Source: an uncultured Oscillospiraceae bacterium (lineage in GTDB: Bacteria; Bacillota; Clostridia; Oscillospirales; Oscillospiraceae). Taken from it: 64,000 nt of DNA. Location: assembly GCA_964615545.1 (NCBI GenBank), contig CAZTNP010000002.1, positions 1,064 to 65,063 of the forward strand, written 5' to 3'. The position numbers and the translations under genes are program-made. The notes under the pieces are model-generated. The model did not search any database. It worked only from the letters and a program-made list of their open reading frames with translations, and was not told where the DNA came from. Positions within the stretch are counted from its first letter, which is position 1. Each line of letters begins with the position of its first letter. This document shows positions 48,601 through 56,575 of the stretch, in pieces.

Positions 48601-50626
48601 TTGCGCAGTCGCCACCATTCGATACGCTCCACGCAACAGTAAATTCGTTTCCTTTGACTGTCCATGTGCTTGGAAGCGCAGTCCCGTTGGCGATCTCCGT
48701 ACCGTAGGATGCCTTCAGATCCTGCAAAGCTTCCTGAACGGTCACATGGCTCTCTCCCAGCAGATGTGCATTTACCACATCGTTCCCGTTCACATCGAAC
48801 AATCCGGCAGATACGCCTTTTTCAAAATCATCGGTATACCGGGTGCCGTCCGGTGCGGTAATGAGAACATCGTCAATCAGCAACGGCTTATCTGCCCATG
48901 TCTCATTCTTTGCACCACCAAAATAAATGTAATAGGGTCCGCCACTGACCGGTAAGGTTACCGTGTATGCATTCCATTTTCCTACTTTTTCTGCATCATA
49001 CAGATTATTTTGGGCACAAGTATAAATATCATTTCCATCCAAACCAGTGGTATAACCTACGCCCCACCAATGGTTGTTTTCATCGGTAATATCCGGTTGA
49101 TAAGCCTTAAAGCTGATTACAGAACCGGCAGGATAAGTATCCTTTGTAACGAAACTCATAGTTCCGCTCTCATTGATCTTATCAATTGCAATTGCTACGG
49201 CATAGCTACTTGTGGGGGTGATGTCACCGATCAGTTGCCAGGTGACTGCATTGGCACCGGTGTTGAACAAACCGGCATTCAGGCCGTATTCAAAGCTGTC
49301 CGTTACCGCATTTTGGCCGGGCTCGGTGATCGATACATCGGTGACCAGCAAGGGCTTATCTGCCCATGCACTATTCTTGGCACCGCCAATATAGATGTAG
49401 TAGGGGCCGCCGTCGGAGGGCAAGGTCACGGTATACTCGCTCCAATAGCCCACATTGGCTACCTGATATAGACTATTCTTGGCACAAGTGCTGTAAATAT
49501 CGTTTCCGTCCGAACCGGTGGTATAGCCCACGCCCCACCAATGGTTGTCATTATCCGTAATATCCGGCTGGTATGCCTTAAAGGTGATGGTAGAGCCGGC
49601 GGCATAAGCGCGCTTGGTAATGAAACTGCTGCCGTTTTCTTGCATCAGCTCCATATGAAGCTCGGCCACACCACCGGATGTGGGTGTAAATGCCTTATGA
49701 TAGTCATACTTTGCGTATTCTATCGCCGCAAGGTGATAGGTATACAGCATTTGTACAAGGGCTTTCTGATCATCGGAAGTACCGGCCTTATGGTACTGCC
49801 GGACGATATAGTTCATCGGGCCATAGCTCACGCTAAGGCTCTCATCGCCCTTGGAGACGGTCAGTGTGTACTGCTTGTCCAAATTCGGGGGGTAAATGTT
49901 CCCGATCTCCACATAGTACAGTCCACTCTTTTGTACGGGCGTGTAGGTACTCTCCCCTACCTGAAAACGGTAATCTGTGATATCACCGGCATTCAGCGCA
50001 AAATAGTAGCGAACTGCCACACGGGAGGCAAACACAAGGGATGCACCGTAATAGCGAATGCCGCTGACAGAGCCGGTACATGCCATTTCTTCCACATCGC
50101 CGGATGCGGGGATATTGGCTTTTTCCAATTCTGCACAGCCTGCATTGGCAAGGCTTTCCGTACGATAGCCCAGTGCCTTCTGTGCGGCCGCACCGTAGTG
50201 CAGCATGGTCAGTACCATGGTCTTTTCTTCATCATCGTACTCGCCTTTGAGGATCTCCTCGGCGTAGGCTTTCACGGTATAATCCTTAGAAAACACGGAT
50301 ACGCCGCCGCTCACCACCTCAAGGGTGATCGGATCCGTCATTTGTGCGGCCGCCAAATTCACGGAGAATACATAGCGGCCATCTTTTTTGGTCGCATCTG
50401 AGGCAGAAACGGTGGTCGTTTTACCGCCTACGGTAAACTTGACCGTTGTGCTTTCAGGTGCATCCAGCGTCAGATAGAAATTGGTACAGATCTGATCGCT
50501 CAGTGTCACATTCCAGTCCTGCACCGGGTTGGTTTCTTCCGCCGCAACAGCTCCGGCAGGCAGTAAAGAAACTACCAGCAACAGAGCCATAAGCATGCTG
50601 AAAAACCGTTTTGTGTGTTTACGCAT
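45632..50626 (-). CDS. Giant secreted modular protein: N-terminal domain, 5 repeated Trp-rich modules, Ig-like spacer, C-terminal GH-like catalytic domain
   Basis: Sec signal peptide; repeats of FITK.AY..GS..SF.A..P...WW.V.WTT; C-terminus (FTAYAAPT..FDEP..CWDYYPF) paralogous to 56576-58045. Confidence 0.85.
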   Translation of the reverse strand: MRKHTKRFFSMLMALLLVVSLLPAGAVAAEETNPVQDWNVTLSDQICTNFYLTLDAPESTTVKFTVGGKTTTVSASDATKKDGRYVFSVNLAAAQMTDPITLEVVSGGVSVFSKDYTVKAYAEEILKGEYDDEEKTMVLTMLHYGAAAQKALGYRTESLANAGCAELEKANIPASGDVEEMACTGSVSGIRYYGASLVFASRVAVRYYFALNAGDITDYRFQVGESTYTPVQKSGLYYVEIGNIYPPNLDKQYTLTVSKGDESLSVSYGPMNYIVRQYHKAGTSDDQKALVQMLYTYHLAAIEYAKYDYHKAFTPTSGGVAELHMELMQENGSSFITKRAYAAGSTITFKAYQPDITDNDNHWWGVGYTTGSDGNDIYSTCAKNSLYQVANVGYWSEYTVTLPSDGGPYYIYIGGAKNSAWADKPLLVTDVSITEPGQNAVTDSFEYGLNAGLFNTGANAVTWQLIGDITPTSSYAVAIAIDKINESGTMSFVTKDTYPAGSVISFKAYQPDITDENNHWWGVGYTTGLDGNDIYTCAQNNLYDAEKVGKWNAYTVTLPVSGGPYYIYFGGAKNETWADKPLLIDDVLITAPDGTRYTDDFEKGVSAGLFDVNGNDVVNAHLLGESHVTVQEALQDLKASYGTEIANGTALPSTWTVKGNEFTVAWSVSNGGDCAKIVDGKLILTSGSESASYVLTATVSADDESASYSWLGTVKPISGNVAAIKIDILNENSPMSFITKAAYPGGSTVSFKAFVPSDTAWWAVCWTTDLKDVDLYKWTGANPSGAQMQSKVDEWANYSVTLPSDSNSYYVYFVGAKGEWNGNELLLDDVVITAPDGTQYTDDFEKGVSAGLFSAGTAVSDHTIGGTTDRMGNVIELYIDYINDNAGDGMNLITAEAYPGGSTIEFDAYVPEVTVAEGESAPWWAVCWTTDLNDVDLYKWTGTNPSGAQMQSKVNEWAKYSVTLPDDGQNYYVYFVGAKGEWGIKNEETLAVQIDNVMIKQKNGTEVKEDFEQGLDNTIFALKETDKSGNTAIKLRTYNYAAQLSLGKIPNGLGFITKSAYPAGSTVSFDAYVPEDANWWAVDWTTSADLVNTEDSRYAHSSGNGVDIKYIDGIWSNYTLSLPTDGGPYHVYIVGAGEWGENVLQVDNFRVTDADGKVLAEENFNRPLTDTIFSCSNLVSVKQISGYRIDDAAKIRFTAYAAPTTDLKITNDSDLIVAYSKLAEAGFNKAIALYEGYAGSAAGATDAESAKTLIAEYSAKTAEIAKTVMRIAQRYGITYYVKDWTLYGMGGSQTDKYGFSATAAKNAGIDNTLFQSIIKDTILNSEYGYGDNAGYAGHFGFDEPYYSDLEKVGLMAKAYSESGLTQELFVNLLPPYINKNSPQLGAENKWNQWFGDFTYEKYLNEYLNQTNGYLDYICWDYYPFLQDKSGLTDEQTLRTQKYLYSYELMANKAKENDRELRVIVQTSGDSVGVRDLNGKSELNFQINSGLAFGVKEFIYYQYSGNGESGYKYIHNYNDQTYSDDLYSWAKEINTNVHTFEEIYDQYIWSGVMKVDEGNSNVMLKNLTGAVTTHDAFKVEGGGAFLVGIFEGNESVSDSRNNAFMLVNAESDPNAQSRTVVLTMSGASAVAIYRNGEPTITRLDDTQCTISGIEPGEGIFIIPIK

Positions 50627-50744
50627 AATGAGTCGCTTCCTTTCCTGATTTTTTATTGAAACAAATTATGGAATTTCTGCAATTCCTGTTTGGAAAACGG
50701 GGTAATGCGCATAAAACAAACGATTGGGACGGGGAAGCCCTGCA

Positions 50745-50770
50745 TAACGGGGTCCTGAGTGACCCCGTTA
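50745..50770. other. Perfect intergenic stem-loop inside the operon
   Basis: taacggggtc-ctgagt-gaccccgtta, with no adjacent U-tract in the transcribed direction. Confidence 0.7.
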
Positions 50771-50782
50771 GGAGGCGCTTTT

Positions 50783-53700
50783 TTATTCTTCGTCCCGCTT
50801 TTCTTTGGAAATAACTGTATTTCCGTTTGAGGGATTGTTCGCTACAATGTTAAAGATCCACTGATCAAATTCATTGTCAAAGCTTTCTGTGACCTTGGTT
50901 CCGTCGGGTGCAGTGACCGTCAGGTTGTCGATCAGCAGGGTCTTTCCGTTCCATTCGCCCTTAGCGCCGACAATATAAACATAGTAACTGTTGCCGTCGT
51001 CCGGAAGTGTGACAGAATACTCTGCCCATTTTCCACTTTGAGAGGTCATAGACTGTCCCTTGCCCTCTGTCCATTTATACAGACTCACATCGGTCGGGTC
51101 GGTCGTCCAGCATACTGCCCACCAGGCAGCACCGCTGGGAACATAGGCTTCAAAGGTGGCCGTACTGCCACCGGAATAAGCAGCCTTTGTGATAAAGTTC
51201 ATAGAGTCGCTTTCATTCAACTGGTCGATCAGAATGGAAGCCGCAAAGCTTTCACTTTCTTCCCCGCTGCCGGTCTCTACTGCTTGCAGTTCCACCACTG
51301 TGTTGGAACCGGACTGGGCTGTCACGCTGAACAGGCAATTCTCAAAGCCATTTTCAAAGTTCTCCGTATAGGCTGTTCCGACCGGCGCAGTAATGGCCAC
51401 ATCGTCCAAAAGCAAGGCATTTCCCTTCCACTCGCCCTTGGCACCTACAAAATAGACATAGTAGGTATTGCCGTCATTGGGAAGGGTCACGGAATAATCT
51501 GCCCATTCGTTTTCCTTAGAGGTCATAGACTGTCCCTTGCCCTCTGTCCACTTATACAGACTCACATCAGCAGGATCAGTCGTCCAGCACACTGCCCACC
51601 AGTTAACTCCGGCCGGCACATATGCCTTAAAGCTCACCGTACTGCCGCCGGGGTATGCAGTCTTTGTGATCAGGTTTATAGGGCTGCCCTCATTGAGCAG
51701 ATCCACATACAAAGCCGCCACATGATTTTTTGCAGGCTCCGGTTCCCCGCTGCCGGTCTCTACTGCTTGCAGTTCCACCACTGTGTTGGAACCGGACTGG
51801 GCTGTCACGCTGAACAGGCAGTCCTCGAAGCCATTTTCAAAGTTCTCCGTGTAAGTCGTTCCGTCCGGTGCGGTAATAACCACATTGTCTAGAAGAAGAG
51901 CATTGCCGTTCCACTCGCCCTTGGCGCCTACATAGTAGACATAGTACGTATTGCCGTCATTGGGAAGGGTCACGGAATAATCTGCCCATTCATTCTCCTT
52001 GGAGGTCATAGGCTGTCCCTTGCCCTCTGTCCATTTATACAGACTCACATCGGCCGGATCGGTCGTCCAGCACACTGCCCACCAGGAGGCATCGGCCGGT
52101 ACGAATGCCTTAAAGCTCACCGTACTGCCGCCGGGGTATGCAGTCTTTGTGATCAGGTTTATAGGGCTGCCCTCATTGAGCAGATCCACATACAAAGCCG
52201 CCACATGATTTTTTGCAGGCTCCGGTTCCCCGCTGCCGGTCTCTACTGCTTGCAGTTCCACCACTGTGTTGGAACCGGACTGGGCTGTCACGCTGAACAG
52301 GCAGTCCTCGAAGCCATTTTCAAAGTTCTCCGTATAGGCTGTTCCGTCCGGTGCGGTAATGACCACATCGTCCAAAAGCAAGGCATTTCCCCTCCACTCG
52401 CCCTTGGCACCTACATAGTAGACATAGTATGTATTGCCGTCATTGGGAAGGGTCACGGAATAATCTGCCCATTCGTTTTCCTTGGAGGTCATAGGCTGTC
52501 CCTTGCCCTCTGTCCACTTATACAGACTCACATCGGCCGGATCGGTCGTCCAGCACACTGCCCACCAGTTAACTCCGGCCGGCACATATGCCTTAAAGCT
52601 CACCGTACTGCCGCCGGGATATGCAGTCCTTGTGATCAGGTTCATAGGGCTGCCCTCGTCAAGGACATCCACATAAAGTGCCAGCACATGGTTAACGGTT
52701 TCCTGAGGCTTATGGCAGACACTACATTCGCCGTGCTCCCACTGATGGTCAGCCAGCGGTAGGATCACTCTCTCCTGAATTGTCGTGCCGCAGTCATTGC
52801 AGACCGTAGCGCCGGTATATCCGGCCTCCGTACAGGTAGATGCCTTATCCGGTTCCTTTGTGGTATGAACATGGTCGCACTGAATAACCTCGACCTCTCG
52901 CACAATGCTCACATCATCTGTGATCTTGAAAATGCCGCTGTAAAGGCCATCGTCAAAGGTCTCTGTTGCGACTGCTTCACCAATTGCGTTGGTCACGGTT
53001 ACCTTGTCAATGATCAGTTCCTTGCCGCCCCACTCACCCTTGGCGCCAACAATGTAAAGATAATAAGTCTGTCCGTCGTCTGGCAATGTGACCGTATAGT
53101 CTTTCCACACGCCATAGGTGCTGTCGATAGATTTGCCGTTGCCTACTATCCAAGCGTACAGGTCAGTATTTGCGGGATCCGTCGTCCAGTTTACTGCCCA
53201 CCAGCCAACACCGGACGGTACAAGGGCACGAATGGTAAAGGAGCTGCCACCGCCATAGGGTATGCGGGTGATAAAGCTCATCTTGCCCGCATCCTCACTC
53301 AGTCTGTCAATATTGATAGCCGCGCCGCGGTTCATTTTTACAGCTCCGCATTGGCATTTGCCGCTCTCATCATAGGTATGGGGCTTTGCCGGGATCTCCT
53401 CCTGTGCCACGATCACATAGCCGCACACAGAGCAGTGCTTGCCCTCTGTCAGGCCGACCTTGGTACAGGTAGGCTCCACAGCCTTGTCGATCACGACCGT
53501 ATGGCCGTTCTTGCAGGGATCCTCCAAAGCCTTTGCGGACACAACGATGCTGTTATTGGTAGGATTATTGGTAATGACTGAGAAAATACTGTTCTTGACA
53601 CCATTGTCAAAATCTTCTTTAGCCAGTACTTTTCCGTCTGCGCCGGTGACCGTAAAGTCATTCAGCCGCAGTTCCTTTTCATTCCATTTGCCCTTTTCAC

Positions 53701-55120
53701 CGACAAAGTATACATAATAGCTGTTGCCGTCGTCCGGGAGCGTGACCGTATAGGTCGCCCACTGGCCACTGACAGAGGTCATTTGCTGACCCATGCCCTC
53801 AGACCATTTGTACAGGCTCGTGTCTGCCGGGTCGGTCGTCCAGCTTATCGCCCACCAATTCACGCCGTAGGGCACATATCCGGCAAATGTGACCGTACTG
53901 CCACCGGGATAGGCTTCCTTCGTAATGAAGTTCATGGGGGCATTCTCATTGAGCAGGTCGATTACAATTGCGGCGACCAGATTTTCCTTATCCTTGCCGC
54001 AAACAGAGCACTTGCCGTCGACCCATGTATGTCCGGTAGCCGGAATGACCTCCTGACTGAGCAGGATCTTACCGCAGTTGCCGCAATGACTGCCGTCGGT
54101 CAGGCCGTCCTGATCGCAGGTCGCCGCAACAGCATTGTCCTTTACCGTCCAGTGGCCGGTACAGACCTCTTCGCAGAACACGACCGCATCACCGCTGCTC
54201 GGATTGACCTTGACTGCACTGAACAGGCCACTGGACACATCGGTAGTAAAGGAATCCGTACCCAGGACTTCGCCGTTTGCATCGGTGATGACCACATCGT
54301 CGATCATCAGTCTGCGGCCGCCCCACTCACCCTTGGCGCCAACAAAGTACAGATAGTAGCTGTTGCCGTCGTCGGGAAGTGTCACTGTGCACTCCTGCCA
54401 CTTGCCTTGCGTAATGTCCATCCGAACGCCCAAGCCGTCCGCCCAGTTATACAGGCCGGTATCATTGGCATTTTGTGTCCAGGAAACTGCCCACCAGGAG
54501 CTACCGCTGGGCACAAAGGCCTGGAATGTCACTGTGGTGCCACCGGGATAGGCTTTCTTTGTGATGAAGTTTGCCTGACCGGATTCATTGAGCTGGTCGA
54601 TCACGATGGATGCGGCCATATCCGGCTGATTTTCGCCGCATTTTGTGCAAACACCGGCTACATAATTATGTCCTTCGTGGCGAATTTTCTTCTGCTTCAC
54701 CACGGTCTCACCGCACAGTGTGCAGTATGCGCCTTCCTCCTTACCGGCTCTTGTGCAGGTAGGTGCAATGCCGGGAATGGTTTCCAGCACATGGCTTGCA
54801 GGGATCTCCTCCTGTGGCCGAAGGACAAGCTTGCACCGGGAGCAATGACGGCCTTCCGTCAAGCCGGTCTTTGTACAGCTTGCCGCTCTTGCCTCGTCGA
54901 TAACTTCCTCGTGCCCCAGTGTGAGGATCACTTCCGTTTCCTTGCTTCCGCAGGTGCATACGCGCTCCTGCAGACCGTCCTCCGTGCAGGTCGCTTCTTT
55001 CACGACCTGCCACTGGCCGTAATTATGGCCACCGATATGGGAGCCGTTCCTACAGCCCGTAAGACTAAGAATCAGGATGAGCAGAAGCAAACATAATGAT
55101 TTTCTTCTCATCTTATCCAC
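50783..55120 (-). CDS. Giant lipoprotein with 7 Trp-rich modules separated by Cys/His repeats
   Basis: Lipobox LTGC; H..ATCT..G..C..C repeats; 7 homologous modules; no recognisable catalytic domain. Confidence 0.85.
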   Translation of the reverse strand: MDKMRRKSLCLLLLILILSLTGCRNGSHIGGHNYGQWQVVKEATCTEDGLQERVCTCGSKETEVILTLGHEEVIDEARAASCTKTGLTEGRHCSRCKLVLRPQEEIPASHVLETIPGIAPTCTRAGKEEGAYCTLCGETVVKQKKIRHEGHNYVAGVCTKCGENQPDMAASIVIDQLNESGQANFITKKAYPGGTTVTFQAFVPSGSSWWAVSWTQNANDTGLYNWADGLGVRMDITQGKWQECTVTLPDDGNSYYLYFVGAKGEWGGRRLMIDDVVITDANGEVLGTDSFTTDVSSGLFSAVKVNPSSGDAVVFCEEVCTGHWTVKDNAVAATCDQDGLTDGSHCGNCGKILLSQEVIPATGHTWVDGKCSVCGKDKENLVAAIVIDLLNENAPMNFITKEAYPGGSTVTFAGYVPYGVNWWAISWTTDPADTSLYKWSEGMGQQMTSVSGQWATYTVTLPDDGNSYYVYFVGEKGKWNEKELRLNDFTVTGADGKVLAKEDFDNGVKNSIFSVITNNPTNNSIVVSAKALEDPCKNGHTVVIDKAVEPTCTKVGLTEGKHCSVCGYVIVAQEEIPAKPHTYDESGKCQCGAVKMNRGAAINIDRLSEDAGKMSFITRIPYGGGSSFTIRALVPSGVGWWAVNWTTDPANTDLYAWIVGNGKSIDSTYGVWKDYTVTLPDDGQTYYLYIVGAKGEWGGKELIIDKVTVTNAIGEAVATETFDDGLYSGIFKITDDVSIVREVEVIQCDHVHTTKEPDKASTCTEAGYTGATVCNDCGTTIQERVILPLADHQWEHGECSVCHKPQETVNHVLALYVDVLDEGSPMNLITRTAYPGGSTVSFKAYVPAGVNWWAVCWTTDPADVSLYKWTEGKGQPMTSKENEWADYSVTLPNDGNTYYVYYVGAKGEWRGNALLLDDVVITAPDGTAYTENFENGFEDCLFSVTAQSGSNTVVELQAVETGSGEPEPAKNHVAALYVDLLNEGSPINLITKTAYPGGSTVSFKAFVPADASWWAVCWTTDPADVSLYKWTEGKGQPMTSKENEWADYSVTLPNDGNTYYVYYVGAKGEWNGNALLLDNVVITAPDGTTYTENFENGFEDCLFSVTAQSGSNTVVELQAVETGSGEPEPAKNHVAALYVDLLNEGSPINLITKTAYPGGSTVSFKAYVPAGVNWWAVCWTTDPADVSLYKWTEGKGQSMTSKENEWADYSVTLPNDGNTYYVYFVGAKGEWKGNALLLDDVAITAPVGTAYTENFENGFENCLFSVTAQSGSNTVVELQAVETGSGEESESFAASILIDQLNESDSMNFITKAAYSGGSTATFEAYVPSGAAWWAVCWTTDPTDVSLYKWTEGKGQSMTSQSGKWAEYSVTLPDDGNSYYVYIVGAKGEWNGKTLLIDNLTVTAPDGTKVTESFDNEFDQWIFNIVANNPSNGNTVISKEKRDEE
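51261..52690. repeat. Intragenic tandem repeat, 483-bp unit, ~3 near-identical copies
   Basis: Anchor tccccgctgccggtctctactgcttgcag occurs at 51261, 51744 and 52227. Confidence 0.93.
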
Positions 55121-55132
55121 CTGACTTTCCTG

Positions 55133-56563
55133 TTATTCAACCATGCTTAGCCAACTGTCCCAGTTGTTCCGTGCGTAATCGTAGTCATTTTGCAGAGCAT
55201 CATTAATGCTCTCAACACCGTCGCGAATATCAATATAAGGTGTCTTGCCGCGGGACCAGAAACCGGTCAGGCCCTTGATCGCGATCGGGTTTGTCACATT
55301 GGCCGCATACAGATAGTTTTTGCTGGAAAGCTCCAGAACGCTCTTGCCAAAGCTGCTCATATTGGCATAACTCTCCACATCGGGGGAAAGATCGTAGTCA
55401 AAGGGGCGGATCGCATTGGTGTAGCTGGTATACAGCGCATTGGTCTCCGGCTCGCTCAGGAACCGCAAAAATTCCTTTGCATCCTCCTTGTTTGCCGCAT
55501 TGGAGGGGATGAAATAGTAGGCACCATAACCGGACTGAATGACCTGCTGATCATTTTCCGTGGTGTAGTTGTCGGAATGGAGCACCTTACCGGAGGGATC
55601 GCTCATCTCCGGAATGGCAAACATGGCCATTTCCACATCCGGATTCTGTGCCAAAACCTCGGACATTTCGTTTTCAAACCAGGAGCCATTGAGCATCATA
55701 GCCGCCTGACCCTGGATCAGCTTGGACTGTGCCACGATGTGGGTCATACCCGAACTGCCGGTCATAGTGTAATTGCCCTCGTCGTAGAAGAACTTTTGCA
55801 GATTTTGCAGGGCATACATTTTGCCCTTGTACTGTGCAGGATTGAATACCTCTGCATCTTCATAGGCATAGAAGGTATCCAAATTGCTGATGCCCTCATA
55901 GGAGTAGACCCAGTTTTCTACCGCAAAGTAGAGGTAGCCGTCTGCGGCGCCGCCACAGTAGACAATGGGAGAAACTGCCCCATCCGTATCCTTAAGGATC
56001 TGCTTGCAGAGTTTTTCCAGTTCTGTGGTGGTGGTAGGCACCTCCCAGCCGTACTGGTCAAACAGGCTCTTATTGTACGCAAAGCCGTTGACGGAAATGT
56101 ACTCGGGAATGGCATAGGCCGTTCCGTTGTAGGTACAAACCTCCTGCGCATTGCCGGTCATGCTTTCCGAAACGGTAGCGCCGGTGGAGAGTTTTGCGCT
56201 ATAGACATCGTCCAGCGGTTCGACCCAGCCCTGTGCAACCCAGCGCTTAATGGACTCCATGCTCTTAAAGCTGTATACATCCGAAAGGTTGGTGTTGCTT
56301 TCCAGCCGGGAGCCGGTGGTATCTGTAATGCTGGGGTTAAAATTGATCTTTACGAGCACATCGGGATGGACTTCCATGAACGCATTGGCAACCGCCTCAT
56401 AGGGCGCTGTGCCGTAGCCGGCCTTCAGAACCTCCCACTTCAGGATTCGTCTGCCATCTGCACTGTCGTCATCGCCACTTCCGCCGCAGGCTGTCACGGA
56501 CAGCATGAGCAGAACTGCCATAGCCAGGCAGAGGATCTTCATAATGGACTTTTTCATTTGCAT
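55133..56563 (-). CDS. Sugar ABC transporter solute-binding lipoprotein (family 1)
   Basis: Lipobox VTAC; GFAYNKSLF..YGW.VP.T..EL, GQAAMMLNGSW, AKEFLRFL. Confidence 0.9.
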   Translation of the reverse strand: MQMKKSIMKILCLAMAVLLMLSVTACGGSGDDDSADGRRILKWEVLKAGYGTAPYEAVANAFMEVHPDVLVKINFNPSITDTTGSRLESNTNLSDVYSFKSMESIKRWVAQGWVEPLDDVYSAKLSTGATVSESMTGNAQEVCTYNGTAYAIPEYISVNGFAYNKSLFDQYGWEVPTTTTELEKLCKQILKDTDGAVSPIVYCGGAADGYLYFAVENWVYSYEGISNLDTFYAYEDAEVFNPAQYKGKMYALQNLQKFFYDEGNYTMTGSSGMTHIVAQSKLIQGQAAMMLNGSWFENEMSEVLAQNPDVEMAMFAIPEMSDPSGKVLHSDNYTTENDQQVIQSGYGAYYFIPSNAANKEDAKEFLRFLSEPETNALYTSYTNAIRPFDYDLSPDVESYANMSSFGKSVLELSSKNYLYAANVTNPIAIKGLTGFWSRGKTPYIDIRDGVESINDALQNDYDYARNNWDSWLSMVE

Positions 56564-56575
56564 TTACTCCTTTTC

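Noticed and set aside
51261-52690. Possible diversity-generating retroelement (TR/VR) or CRISPR-like array
   Set aside because: The repeats are in-frame 483-bp protein modules, differences are not adenine-specific, and there is no RT, cas gene or spacer structure in the window.
52712-52726. CxxCH (CSVCH) haem c motif in the giant lipoprotein
   Set aside because: A single occurrence; the equivalent repeats end CxxCG or CxxCK, so it is most likely a chance variant.
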